A stretch of DNA of 64,000 bases from Octopus sinensis (GCF_006345805.1 NC_043017.1:15996001-16060000); one strand, 5' to 3'. Counted from the stretch's first letter, positions 1-13,448 are shown. Program-made: numbers and translations. The notes: a model not told the origin generated them from the letters alone.

Positions 1-94
1 AGCGAAGACGAACAGACAACTGCTCACTCCGGCCAAGCACATGGAATGTTTATAAATCATATATCCGGTAAATGGCGGGCTTTTTACGAACTGC

Positions 95-139
<45 letters not shown>

Positions 140-559
140 TCCATACATACACACTGACCATATAGAAGTCTTTTAAAACTGTTGGTAAAATATGTCTAAA
201 ATTATATAAATCTAAAAGTGTGTGTATATATTATGAATGTCTGAGTGTAAGTGTGAATATATATATATGTATATACACAAAACACAAACACACCCTTATG
301 TCTAGAACACTTGTATAATACAAAAAATCCCTCAAATACATACAAACATGCAAGAATTATTTGTATGTATGTGTATATATATATATATATTTATATATAT
401 GTATACACACACACACACATAGAAATCATCACCACAAAAACCATTTCCAGTAGTTTTTGGAGAAAGATGAAGAGAAAAAAAACAGTTAAAGAAAGAATGG
501 TAAATTCTACTTTTATTCTAGAGTTTGGAACCTTAATCTCTGTAGTCTTTAACCAGTAA

Positions 560-735
560 CTTGACTTAGTTAAAGTTCCAAAACAGTGTACACACAGGCG
601 TACAAGTGGTTCAGAAATTTCCAAGAAGGTCGGAAAAAGGTGGATATTGATGAACATTCTGGATGGCCTGCAACGAGCAGAACTGAGAAAAATATCACAC
701 ATGTGCATGCAGCTGTGATGGGGAATCATCGAATC
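560..735 (+). mobile_element. mariner transposase HTH fragment (degenerate)
   Basis: Translates as YKWFRNFQEGRKKVDIDEHSGWPATSRTEKNI, matching the mariner WFxRFxxGR..DDERSGRP.TS motif. Confidence 0.65.
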
Positions 736-739
736 TATG

Positions 740-2850
740 AGTTATCAGCAGATTAGTTATGAAGAAGAAATCATGAAACACATTTCCATCCTGGAATTGT
801 CGTCAGCAGAGATAAAGTTAAAAAGTTTGGTGTAATTCTAGAATGAAATCTGCTGAATCTCCCATCCACCATAGAATCAGAAACTCTGTTTGCGAGTAAT
901 CAACAAACAACAACAAACTAATGTCAACAAGTATACCAGCAGTCGTGATGTGGTGAAATGTTGAAATTGCGGGCGTACACACAAAGCTCCTGCGTGTCCA
1001 GTATATAGGAAAAATTGTAATAAGTTCAGCAAATTAAGGCATTTTGCAAGATTTTAAAAATGATTGCCGTGTGGATAACATAAATGTATCTCCAAGTGAG
1101 GCTGGATCTGTCGATAGTTTGTTGCTAAATGTGAACAACGAGTGTGCAGAAAACAGGGTTTTGCATTTGTTTCATAAATGACAGCTGCATAGATACGAAA
1201 GTGGGGACTGGGGCAGTTGTCTGATAATTCCTGTTTCCTTCCCAATCAAATCATGGCACAATAGATTAACCACTTTTGATGGTTCAGATCTAAAGGTTGT
1301 TGGATCTATCCCAAGTGACATTTAAACTTAACAACACCGAGTCTTGTAAATTTATTGTGGTAGACATCCCAAACTCTTTTGGGCTGATTGGAAACGATAT
1401 TATTAAAGACTCTTTTGTTTTAATTTAAACATGGATGCATTCCCAGAGGTCAAAGGTTTTGTGGCCCGAGTTAACTTCTCTGATGCGAGATATAGCGTGA
1501 GGAGTTCAGTGAGACGACTTTCAGTACATTTGGAAAAAGAAGTGGACAACGAATTGAAGAGGTCGGAAATGATGGGTGCCATTGGATTACTCTGGAGTCA
1601 GATGTGCCTCACCTGTGGTGTGGCTGAGAAAAAAGATAAAAGACGGATCTCTTTGCATGTATGTCAATTACAAGACTCATTTAAATGCACATATTGACAC
1701 CTATTCTTTTCCCTTACCATCAATCAATACTATTTTCTCTGGTATGTCAGGTGCAAAATTGTTCTCCACTCTGGATTTAAAGCATGCATATTGGCAAATA
1801 CCTTTAGTGGAGGAAGCAAAGCAGATTTGCATTATTAATACAACCAATGGTCTCTGGCTGGTTAACAGACTTCAATTGGGCCTTAAGAATTCAAGTGGCA
1901 TATTTCAGGACTGGGAACAAAAAGAGATCAAAGGAGTCCGGGTATACCAAGATGACATCCTCATCTATGCTAGTAACGAAGCAAGATTGATGAGCAGAGA
2001 AACTACAGGTGTTGCAAGGCTAACCAGGGAATAGTTTTCCATTAACAAAGCAAAGTCATTCTCCAGAAGAAGAAATTTGACTTTCCTGTGAATGAACATA
2101 TCTGAAGAGGGCATTTTTCCATCCCAGGAATTAGTAGCAAAACTAAAGGACATACAAAATTCTGTTCAACCATGGGAGTGCCTCTGGCTGAAAAGTTAAT
2201 GAAAAGACCATTGAGGGTTGCTGTAAACCCATTCTTTGAAATAGGGGAGGATGTAATATACAAAACCATGTTTGACAAGGTTGTATCCAAAGCAAAATAT
2301 GTGATACATGCCAGAAAGAATACTGCATGGATGAAGAAGGAGGGTCGACCACTGCAGTCAGGGGCAGTTGAGCACCTGGTCCCACTGGACACACATGAAC
2401 CAGAACTGAGCACAATGGTTCACGCTGAGACTGCAAGGATGCCAAACAGTGAGGGTACAAACATATCAAGTCCCCAGGCTGGGCGTGGCACCAACACTGG
2501 AGCAGCCGATTATCAACAATGCCAGCTGCCGAAGATGGAACACGAAAATTTCATGAAGGCCTCAACTGTGGTGAAATACAGGAATTGCAGCAGGATGTAA
2601 AAAGCCAAAATGCTTCGAGGAGGAACAATGTGACGGTGGCATTGGGTTGCTGATTCTGGTAGACTGATATTTATGTAGAACTCTCAAGGAAAGTCTTGTG
2701 CAACCACATGGAAATCATGAGATGGCAGCAGTGAAAGGAGTAACACCACTGCACATGTGAAGATGCAATTGTACAGCATGGTGCTCGGAAGTGAGCTGCG
2801 TAACTTGCAGTTACGAATGAGGCAATATATTTTCTGAGTGAAACACAACA
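740..2850 (+). mobile_element. Ty3/Gypsy LTR retrotransposon relic (gag knuckle, protease, RT, integrase C-terminus, probable 3' LTR)
   Basis: NCGRTHKAPACP..CNKFSKLRHFAR knuckle near 965-1050; protease-like DT..GTGA near 1190; RT motifs FSTLDLKHAYWQIPL and YQDDILIYA in ORF 1576..2034; purine tract GAGGAGGAACAA followed by TG(2629)..CA(2850); multiple stops and frameshifts. Confidence 0.85.
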
Positions 2851-2851
2851 A

Positions 2852-3075
2852 TAATAAATAATCCTTTCTACTAAAGGCACAAGGCCTGAAATTTTGGGGG
2901 AGGGGACAAGTCGATTATGTTGACCCCAGTGTTTCACTGGTACTTAATTTATTGTTCCCGAAAGGAAGAAAAGCAAAGTCGACCTCAGCAGAATTTGAAC
3001 TCAGAATGCAAGGACAGATGAAATGCTACTAAGCATTTCGCCTGGTGTGCTAACAATTCTGCCAACTCACCATAG
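2852..3075 (-). mobile_element. tRNA-derived SINE, family A (core CTTTCATCCTTTCGGGGTCGATAAA..AAGTACCAG, (TTA)n tail)
   Basis: Same ~220-bp sequence recurs more than 15 times in the window; B-box-like GAGTTCAAAT. Confidence 0.85.
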
Positions 3076-3084
3076 TAATCATCA

Positions 3085-4050
3085 TCATTGTTTAACATCC
3101 GCTTTCCGTGCTGGCATGGGTTGGACGGTTTGACTGAGGACTGGTGAGCCAGGAAGCTGCACCAGGCTCCAATCTGATCTGACTAAGTTTCTGCTACTGG
3201 ATGCCCTTCCTAGCACCAAACACTCCAAAAGTGTAGTGGGTGCTTTTACGTGACACTGGCACAGGAGCCAGTCAGGTGGTTCTGGCAATGACCACACTAA
3301 AAAGGTGCTTTTTACGTGCCACTGGCAACGACCATGCTCGAATGTTGTTTTTCACATGCCACTGGCACATGTGCCAGTAATGCAACGCTGGCAACAATCA
3401 CGCTTGAATGGTGCTTTTTACATGCCACCGACATGAGAGCCAATCTCTGGACCTGGCAACAAGTGCCAATCAGGTGGTATTGTCATCGACCACGTCAGCA
3501 ATTTTGATTTTGATTTCACTCAATAGGTCTTCACAAGCAAAGTTTATTGTCCAATGAATGAGGAGTACTCATAAGTGGGCTGGTTACACCCTCTGGCATA
3601 GGCCACGGGCTATAGTCTAACTTGGCTTGTCGGGTCTTCTCAAGCACAGCATACCTCCAAAGGTCCCGGTCACTTGTCATTGCCTCAGTAAGGCCCAATG
3701 TTCGAAAGTCATGCTTCACCACCTCATCCCAGGTCCTCCTGGGTCTACCTCATCCACAGGTTCCTTCAACTGCTAGAGTGTGACACTTTTTCACACAGCT
3801 GTCCACATTCATTCGCAGCACATGTCCATACCAGTACAGTCATCTCTGTTGCACACCACATCTGATGGTTCTTAAATCCAACTTTTCTCTCAGGGTACTA
3901 ACACTCTGTCATAAATGCACTGACATTACACATCCAACGGAGCATACTGGCTTCATTCCTTGCAAGCTTACGCATATCCTCAGCAGTCACAGCCCATGTT
4001 TCACTGCCATGTAGCATGGCTGTTCATACACATGTGTCATAGTCTACCTT
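3085..4050 (-). mobile_element. RTE-clade LINE 3' fragment with long 3' UTR (family C sequence)
   Basis: Minus strand reads MLHGSETWAVTAEDMRKLARNEASMLRWMCNVS and VVKHDFRTLGLTEAMTSDRDLWRYAVLEKTRQAK; continues into GGAAGGGCATCC-type core and (GAT)n tail. Confidence 0.85.
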
Positions 4051-4555
4051 TTACGTAGGAGCTCTCTGAACTTTGCCCAGGCAAAGTGGGGAGCTACTGT
4101 TCAGAGATTGTGTATCTCATTTTTCCTGGTCCTTCCCAAATGTCCTCTCGCTGAATGTTAAATATCAAAAGTTTCTTCCAAATCCCAAAAACAAGTTTTT
4201 GAGTCAATGGTTTTACATTTTTGAAGAATTTCAGAATGTTTATTTGTGATTTTATCACTGAACAATACGATGCATAACATCTCTTCTTAGCACAGACTGC
4301 ATCATTACGAGTGTGCCTTGAATGGGTGTGGATCCTGTGCCACTGACCATGTCATTCACACACACATGTAGGTAGGGTAAAAGGTTTATATTTGAGTCTC
4401 AGTCTGAAAATTTCTAACATGTTTCTTGTGCAATTATGTAACTCCTATTAGCAAATGAAACACATGTAATGGTGAATGATTAATACCAAAAGAGTTTTCC
4501 AACCTCCTCCTGCACTGATATATATACATACCCATATATACACATACATATATAT

Positions 4556-4616
<61 letters not shown>

Positions 4617-5239
4617 CATACCCATATATACACACACATATATATACACATATATATATATGTATACACACACTTATACATATATATACGCTCATACACA
4701 TTCATATATGTATGTTTGTGTGTATGTGTGTGAAAACATCAGGGCCAAACTAAAGGATCCCAATATGACCCTCACACCTGTTTGTTACAATTGTATCTGT
4801 TGTAGTTTAGCTCTATAAAACTAGATAAAACCTGATCCAGCAGAATCATGATCAGACATCTCCCATCCATGACCACCCAGTCTATATATTACCGGCTACA
4901 TGATCCAACGTATCCTTTGGTTATTTAAGACTGTTCAGTGTGATGGCAGGGAGATTTGACTGCTATTTCTAACAGACTATGTAGAGGTGCCTGCATTGGC
5001 TCAAAGAAGATAAAGGCTTGTTAGGTGTTATTTAGGGCCTTTTTTTGTAATTTTAGAGGAGTCGAGTCTGTTGAAAGTATTTGATTCAAGGGTCCAGTGT
5101 GGGGGTTGGGGGTGGGTGGATGAATGTCCTTCATCCCACCCACGAGTTATGCAGTCTCTGGAAAGGGTCAAAGTCAGGCTGTTCTTCAGTTCATTAATCC
5201 ACGAATCAGACCATTTGTCATCAATTAACTCCCATTTTC

Positions 5240-5400
5240 CAAACACACACACAAATGGCTTCTTTCAGCTTCTGTCTACCAAATCCAGCCTTGGTCAGCC
5301 TGGGGCTATAAAAGGCAACACTTACCCAAGGTGCCATGCAGCAGGACTGAACCTGACACCATACAGTAAAGCAGCAAGCATCTTAACCACACATTCTTGC
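5240..5400 (-). mobile_element. tRNA-derived SINE, family B fragment (CACCTTGGGCAAGTGTCTT-type core)
   Basis: Matches copies at 20880-21295 and 42955-43320. Confidence 0.7.
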
Positions 5401-5589
5401 CTTTTAAATTCATAGAATTTAAAATACATTCGAATGTTATAAAAATTAAACTTGTTTTATAGAATAGAAAACCATAAAATATTTGAAAACTAAAACCAAA
5501 TGAAGATGTGAAGCAAGGAAGACAAACCATTTTTTATTTCTCTTCATTTTATGACTTTTTAAAATAGTATTTTAGCAATGGCAGCATTC

Positions 5590-6653
5590 CAAATATATAT
5601 TTCTTTACTACCCACAAGGGGACAAACAAAGACAGATAAAGGGATTAAGTCGATTCCATCGACCCCAGTGCGTAACTGGTACTTAATTTATCGACCCCGA
5701 AAGGATGAAAGGCAAAGTCGACATCGGCGGAATTTGAACTCGGAACGTAACGACAGACGAAATACGGCTACGCATTTCGCCCGGCATGCTAACGATTCTG
5801 CCAGCACCTAAGTATATGATGGTTTAAAATTTTGGAACAAGATCAGCCATTTTTGGGTAGGGGCTAAGTTGATTATATCAGCCCCAGTACTCAACTGGTA
5901 TTTATTGTATCAACCCTGAAAGGATGGAAGGCAAAGTCGACTTTGGCAGAATTTGAACTTAGGACATAAAGGCAGACGAAATGCCACTAAGCCTTTTTGT
6001 CTGACATGCTAACCATTCTGCCAGGTTGCCGCCTTGAGACATATAGATGTGGTCATCTTGTTAAGGTCTATTTTTCCATGCTTGCATAGGTCAGATGGAG
6101 TTTGCTGAGGTAGATTTTCTACACCTGGATGCCCGTCCTGTCACCAACTTTCACCTGTTTCCAAGAAAGGTAAGATTTTCCCCACGGCTGGACAGGTTTC
6201 CACAGAAGATTGGAAATGAAGGAACCACTCAAACAACTCTGCCAGAGCAATGCTTTCATAAGTCATTATAAACAATATCACTAATAATAATAATAACAAT
6301 AGTCCTTTCTAGTAAAAGCACAAGGCCTGAAATTTGAGGGGAGGGGACTAGGCGATTATATTGACCCCAGTATGCAACTGGTACTTAATTTATTGACCCC
6401 GAAAGGATGAAAGGCAAAGTCGACCTCAGCAGAATTTGAACTCTGAACATAGCATTTTGCCCAGTGTGCTAATGATTCTGAAAGCTCACTGCCTTATATA
6501 ATAATAATAATAATAATAAATTCTTTTATTGGCCACAAGGGCTGACAAAAATTAATTATAACATAAAGGGACAAAACAGGACGAAAAGTTACAAAGGGTT
6601 TTGTCCGTTTGTAAAAAACCCGTGTAAAAACAGTGTAACAACAAAAAACTCCC

Positions 6654-6685
<32 letters not shown>

Positions 6686-7450
6686 GTTTCAAATTTTGTC
6701 ACAAGGGTAGGAATGAGCTGATTACATCGACCCCAGTGTTCAACTGGTACTTATTTTATCAAGCCCTGTAAAGATGAAACACGAAGTCGACCTCGGTGGA
6801 ATTTGAACTCAGAACATAGCGATGGGTGAAATACCGCTAAGCATTGTGTCCAGCGTGCTAATGGTTCTGCCAGCTCACCACCTTAATAATAATAAATCTG
6901 AGAAGTGTCTGTAGTCCCCACTCAGCAATAAAAACAAGAACACACGCTGCCACACCCACCTCAGCAACACAACAGAAGCAAGTGAAGCTGACCAGGATAT
7001 TGTGAAGAGAGAGAAGAGGAAAGTGAAGAAGTCTTGTAAGTGGAAAGCATTGACAGAGCTTTGAAAGTGAGGGTTACCTATTGTGATCGGTGCACCTGGG
7101 ACCATCTCAAAGGCAGCAATATTCAGGCATAAAAACTGCAAACACTAAACTTTGTAGCAAGTGCACAGGTGGCAGTATTACTTGGAAGAGCTCGTGTTGA
7201 GGAAAATGTGGGAAGAAACTGGGATGGGAGATTGATAACCGAGAAGAAAGGAAACCACAATAATCCTTTCCACTCTGGGTACAAGGCCTGAAGTTTGAGG
7301 GGAGGGAGATAATCAATTAGATCAACCCCATATTGACCCAAAAAGATGAAAGGCAAAGTCGACCTCAGCAGAATTTGAACTCTGAATGTAAAGACCAAAT
7401 ACAACAAAGCAATTTCCCTGGCATGCTAATGATTCCATCAGCTCACCACC
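5590..7450 (-). mobile_element. Cluster of five family A SINEs in the same orientation (about 5590-5810, 5825-6035, 6280-6500, 6655-6885, 7255-7450)
   Basis: Repeated GAAAGGATGAAAGGCAAAGTCGACCTC..GAATTTGAACTC on + strand, separated by (TAA)n. Confidence 0.85.
6890..7250 (+). mobile_element. R4/Dong-type non-LTR element 3' fragment (degenerate)
   Basis: PIVIGAPGTISK resembles the RLE-domain PIVIGALG motif; begins at a TAA repeat. Confidence 0.5.
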
Positions 7451-7938
7451 TTGATAGCAATAATGTAAAGGAAAGGATGAAATGGCTAACAAAAGAATTG
7501 ACCTTGACATTCAGGCCAATTGACCAGAAATGACCTTCAACAGAACCAACCAACTGTTCAGTTAATTTGGTCAGCAATGTCCTCTGACAAGATGTTTAAG
7601 TCATTTATCTTATAATAACCTTTGTCCTTATGTCCAGTCTGTTGGTCATCAATGACCTGACCTTTAGGTCATTGGATCTGTCATGACCTGTGATCCACCA
7701 CACCCCCTTTTTTTTTAACAATCTTAGAGGAAGAACATTAACACACCTGTATTGATGGAAAAGGAACACATTCTGAAGACCAGCATCATTTCCCCACCCC
7801 CAGCCAGTACATCATCATCATCATCATTAGTAATACATCAATGTATTAATTGTTTATATTGTTTGTTTTGGTTGATTAGTTACAGGTTCAAGGTAAGAAA
7901 TTTTACCAAAAGTCTGATTTGGGCCAACAGCAAAATGG

Positions 7939-8133
7939 TTAGGAATCTTCAGGAACGCCAGGTGCAAACGCAGTGCGCCACACTCTCAGGAGAATGGTGA
8001 GATTGTCGCTTTGGGTTTTATGTTCTGATATCTTCAATACTTTGACTCTTTTCACTTTGATATCAGCATCGTCACCAACGCCATCGCTGGAAATGTCTGC
8101 AGTAATTAAATCAGCAAAGTCGCCTTCCTTCAT
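7939..8133 (-). CDS. MTRES1: MTRES1 exon 4 (terminal): MKEGDFADLI...KRVKVLKISEHKTQSDNLTILLRVWRTAFAPGVPEDS*
   Basis: Acceptor ttttcctgtgttatgcag, phase 0; resembles the human C6orf203 C-terminus (KVGDTLDLLIG...RILLKKVFEEKTESEKYRVVLRRW, recalled sequence). Confidence 0.85.
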   Translation of the reverse strand: MKEGDFADLITADISSDGVGDDADIKVKRVKVLKISEHKTQSDNLTILLRVWRTAFAPGVPEDS

Positions 8134-8970
8134 CTGCATAACACAGGAAAATAAAAAATAGTTTTTAAATATTTAAAAATAAAATGAAACAAGAACATTA
8201 ACAGGAAAAAGAATTACAAACTATTTCGTTTTTGTATGAGATGTGAGCACAAATGGTGATAAAAGAAGTGAAATGTAGCCAGTGCATGTGTTTATATTGG
8301 CATTACAACCCCCTCTGGATACAACAAAATGAAAAATTATTAATTTTTATGTTTAAGTAAACAGAATGTTGAGGACCTTTTCTTTGTCCTTCGGGTGATC
8401 CCACTTTGTCCTTCGGGTGATCCCACTTTGTCCACGGTCCACATGTTTTACTCACATGATTGTGATGTTGCTTCAATTAATGGATTGCTCCATTTCATAT
8501 TGGAGGTGACCCAAGGTGGAAGGAGAGAAAGAGGTGAGAATATGATGTGAGAGAAAAGTGAACAGGTGACAGTGTGGAAGGAGGGGGGAATGGGAGAGAG
8601 ACATTGCTGGGAGTGAGGAAGAGGGACAATAATAAGATGGGGGCGGAATGGGATGTGGAATGAGGGACAGTGATTGCAGAGGGTAGTGGGGAAAGGGGAG
8701 GGAGAGAGAAATGGAGAGCCTCAGTGGTAAGAGAGAGTGATGGCTGGAGAGGAGAGGGAGTGGTGGCAGAGTAATGTCAACAAAAAGGTAAGCTGAGGGA
8801 AGGGAAGAGGTGGTGAGAAGATGGGAGGGGCCAGACACTAGAGGCACCTACATGTTTGTTTAGAGGAGAGAGAGTGAGTGGGGTGGGGTGGGGTGCAGTG
8901 TATTAGGTTCCCTCATGCAAATCTGTTACCCAGACATAATGAAGGAAGAGAGAGACAGCAACACATTGAC

Positions 8971-9011
<41 letters not shown>

Positions 9012-10812
9012 CATGTAATGGATGTCAATAAAGAGAGAGCAGGGGCAAGATGCAGGGTGGTGGTTGGCAGCAGAGAAGGGTGTGGTGTTAGCTGATTAGA
9101 TAATGATGGATTACATAATCCAAGATGGCCTTCATTTTTTTCTTTTCTTAAAGAATTTAATTTGAAGGAGACTTGGCTGCTATTTCTAACATTTTGATTA
9201 GTTCAGAGGTTGGAGTTATTGGATCAAAACCACAGAACACACTTCTGTTTTGAACAGTCTGCTCTTAATGGCTCTGGGATCGTGCCCAGTGTACAGCACC
9301 ATGCATGGGTCTTCTTCCATAGCCTTGGGTTGGCCTTGTCAGCAGAGTTGGGTAGAAGGACACTGTGAGGAAGCCTTTCATATATGTATGGCCATGTGGT
9401 GAAGGAGTCCACTTCACAACCATGTGGTTCTGGGTTCAATCCTGCTGCATGGACGGTCAGCTAGGGTCCTCTGCTATAGTTGCAGGTTCACCAATGCCTT
9501 GTGAGTGAAATTTGATAGAAGGAAACTGGAAGAGGAAGTGAACTCTCACCCTCGTTATATTTTAACATCTGTCCCACCCATGTCAGCATTGACACAATCC
9601 AATGAGTCTGACGGCCACATTGGGCTCCAATGTGTCTGCTTTGACATGGTTTCTATAGCTTGATGCCCTTCCTAACACCAACCACTTCACAGTGTGTGCC
9701 AAGAACTGTTTTCATTGCACCAGCACCAGTCATGTTGCCATGTTGCCTGCAAGACTACAATAGAGAGGGAGGTGGCATTATGCTGGGAGCCTGTTGTATA
9801 TAGGAATGCTTGTGCGTTTACAGTGTTATATTTACATACTAACTGTAAACAAAAGCCACCATCAAACAAAAACGGTGATGGTTGTTTACAATCTGTTTGT
9901 AAAAGCATGGCTGGCCAAAACTGTTGGAAGGAAAAAAAGGAAACATTTCCCTACTTCAAAGCAGGTGATGGCTACTGATAGGAAGGATGCTCAGCTGCAG
10001 AAAAACCTGCATCAACAACACCCATGAAAGTATGGAAAAGTGAATATTAAAGACTCTGTAAGATGGTTGGTGTTAGGACGGGCATCCAGCTGGAAAAACC
10101 ATGTGAAAATGGACAGTGAAACCTGGTGCTGTTTTCTGCCCAATCAGCACCTGTCAAACCATCCAACCCATGCCAGCATGGAAAGCAGATGAATGATGAT
10201 GATGTTTGCGTATCGGAGTAAATTAGCGAGTCAAAAAGAAAAAGACAAAAAAACCTTGTGGCAGTATTGGGTAACCTATCTTTACACCAAGGTTGACTTA
10301 GCCATCTAATAAGTACCAGATTAAGTTGTAAGACAGATGGAATCAACTAAAACCATTAAAGGCAGTGCCCCAGCATGGTCGCAGTCCCAAGACTGAAAAC
10401 CAGTAACAAAATTAACACAACAACCCAACTCTGCTGCCATCTTTCACCCTGTTTCTCTCAAAGAATCAATTTTATTTCTACCCAGCAGTCTCTCACTCAC
10501 TTCTGTTACTATCTTCAGTACCCAGGTAGAACGTAGCTCAGTACTGACGAGGACAGTGGAGGACCTAGTTAAAATGTAAAGTACCCTGATAGATGGTACA
10601 GTACTCAGGTATATAGCCAACAATGTACCCAACAATATACCATAGTACCCTGATAGACAATACAGCACCCAGGTAGGCAGTCATGATGCATGCACAACAG
10701 TATTCAGATAGAAGGGTACCAAGAGGAAGAGTACAGTTCTCAAACAGAGTGTATAGTACCCTGACAGACAATACAGTACCCAGGTAGACAAGAGATAAAG
10801 ATCTATACTTAC

Positions 10813-10885
10813 AACTTTACCCTTCTTCAGCAGTTTTTCATTGTTCAGTCTTAATTTACTACTGTAGAAATATTGGTCAATTTGG
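10813..10885 (-). CDS. MTRES1: MTRES1 exon 3: (N)QIDQYFYSSKLRLNNEKLLKKGKV, S4-like RNA-binding region
   Basis: ccatttcag acceptor and GTAAGT donor, 73 nt, phase 2 to 0; matches the KxRLNxEKLxKK motif. Confidence 0.9.
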
Positions 10886-11695
10886 CTGAAATGGACAGAA
10901 TTCAAGACTGTAGCAGCGGGTGGACACTAGAATTATGGAACACAGTTTATCATTACAAAAATACTACTACCACAACACAACCATTACAGCATGACCACCA
11001 CAAAAGGCCATCAGTTCAGAACCCCTACAGTACTATGACCACCACAATGCCACTAAGTACCACCATCCAACTATTACTATGGCAATACCATCACCTTCAC
11101 CACCAGGGTGCTACCACCAATACAGGACTGTCACCACTCCAACCTCACCCAAATTATTTCTTACTATTTTAAAAGGAAACATTAGATAATGTAGTCCGAG
11201 GTACACTTTGCAGGAATAAGAGACAGGATGATAACAGTTGCGATACTTTTGCTCATAGGCTTGCTGGATCAGGACCGACTTAAACAACAATAAACCAACA
11301 CCTACCATTCTAGTACAAGTATGGCTGTGCGGTGAAGAAGTTCACTTTGTATCTATGTGGTTTTGGGGTTCAAAGCCACTGCTTGTCATCTGTCTTGGGA
11401 AAAGGTCTTTTCCCTCCTTGGGTTGGTGAAGAAAACTTGGTGAATGACTTTGGATGGTGGACTTAACTGACCAGTTTAACCCCACCACCTGGTCCACCTT
11501 GGGTTGGGTGGGACCTTTAACCAGGGTCCATTCATTTGTAAGCATTCAGATCAGGTCCCTGATCTGCGGATAGCTTCTCACCCACCCCACCACTCTCAGA
11601 GACCCTGTAAAGGGTCAAGACCCTCTCCTTGACCAAACCACACAAACAGATTTCAATGAGAGGATAACGAAAGAATTGTGAAAAGTTGGTCTTAC

Positions 11696-11850
11696 TTTCG
11701 AGATATGTTTAGTCCAGAACTGAGCATGTGGTCAGTTCTTGCAGACTTGGCATGAACCTGTAGCTGTTTGTAATTCAATGGTAAAGAATAATCTTCCTCT
11801 TCGTACTCTTCTTCCTCCTCTTCCTCTTCTTCATCATCAGAATGTTCTTG
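11696..11850 (-). CDS. MTRES1: MTRES1 exon 2: QEHSDDEEEEEEEEEYEEEDYSLPLNYKQLQVHAKSARTDHMLSSGLNISR
   Basis: cattttcag acceptor and GTAAGA donor, 155 nt, phase 0 to 2; acidic tract then NYK...SxRxD..L..GL.I.R as in C6orf203. Confidence 0.9.
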
Positions 11851-12454
11851 CTGAAAATGGATTCATAAGTGTTAAGATTCAAAAATAGGAAGATTATTAC
11901 TACACACACACACACAGATGTATGTGTACAAATACATGCACAAAATAACAGTAAACATTTCATACACACAATTTTTTTTTTACTTTGGCCAAGTCAATCT
12001 CTTGCTTCTCTGACCTTCACCTGTAGATGAACAGGGTCTTCCAGGTAAGTTATCACTCAACTGTAACTTGCCTGAAGATTTTGTGCAGTCACAGGAAAAT
12101 CCCAGAGTAGTAAGAGACTGACTTGACCCAAATGAAACATCATTAATCTCTACTCAGCTGTCAAGTACTCTTTCCTCTGACTGCAACACTAAACGTGTGT
12201 GCGTGTATTTCCTTAGGTATAAGTGGTACTAATAGCATGGTGTTAGAACCCAATATGCTTCAGAGAAAAGTGTTAGTCAAGTTGTTAGAGTATAACAAGA
12301 GGTTATATAAATGTCAAGGGAACACGAAATTATGTAATGAACTTCCCTATGAGTGCACTGCAGCTTACAGCAGAAACAACAGCAAGTTAATGAAATGCAT
12401 CACATAAGTTCTTGTTCCTTTGTCCTTTATATATACATATATATACATACACAT

Positions 12455-12487
<33 letters not shown>

Positions 12488-13404
12488 TTATTTATGGTCA
12501 GCTTCCATATAGTTTCCATCCATCAAACCCACTTAATAAGGAACTGGTTGGCCAGGTGCTATAGTAGAAAACATTTATCCAAAGTGCCATGGAATGAGGA
12601 CTGAACCTGAAACCATGTGGTTGTGAAACAGAATTTCAACCAAACTACCATAAAATATCATAGGGTTGAGAGAAGCACCCTTTCGTCTTACTAAAGACTT
12701 GACAGCCTCGCAAAGTGTTGGTGCTACGGTAGAATTCACCCAGTACTTTGTGTGGATGATGTTAGAACAGGGGTCAGCAAACCAGGGTAAATTACCCCCA
12801 AATGGGGCAAAAATGAAATTCTTGGGGATAATGAGGACTCATTAGACATAAGATTATATTTTTAAAAAAACCCTGTTCCTTGTTACAACAGAAATGTTTC
12901 TTCTGGCAACATTGCTTCTGTCCAATGTGATGGACATGTTTGGGAGACATCATGTGAAATGGATCCAATAAACCTTTTGAATTCAAAGAATCTATGATTT
13001 TCTTCCTTTCAAATCAGGAGGGGGGGGGGTAACGTCAGGGTAAATAAATATATTTTGGGGTAATTGGTTAAAAAAATTCCTCGTCCCTTGTGTTAGAAAG
13101 AAACCAGGGCAAATGGGGAACGTACAAACAAAACGTGGTCCTTCAACCACTTTAGGATCAGTGGTGGAGCTACAGTGTGCGCCTCCTCTACAAGCTTATA
13201 CAGAGGACCCCAAAAGTGTCACCAGGGGAGAACGCTCTCAGCTCACTTACCCAGGAGGGCAATAAAAGAAAATGAGAACCGATGCAACTTGTGACAGCAA
13301 CGATAGTGGACATGAAAGAACGTGAAGTATGTATGTGCGTGTATGCATGTGTAGAGAGAGACTCACACACCCAAAGTCATTTTATGTTCGTTGTCCTTGC
13401 CGAC

Positions 13405-13448
<44 letters not shown>

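Noticed and set aside
5590-7450. Regularly recurring sequence resembling a repeat-spacer array
   Set aside because: Units are ~220-bp diverged SINEs with irregular spacing; not CRISPR, and there are no cas genes
8473-8847. 124-aa Leu/Pro/Ser ORF
   Set aside because: Translation of a purine/pyrimidine-biased intronic tract; no splice or homology support
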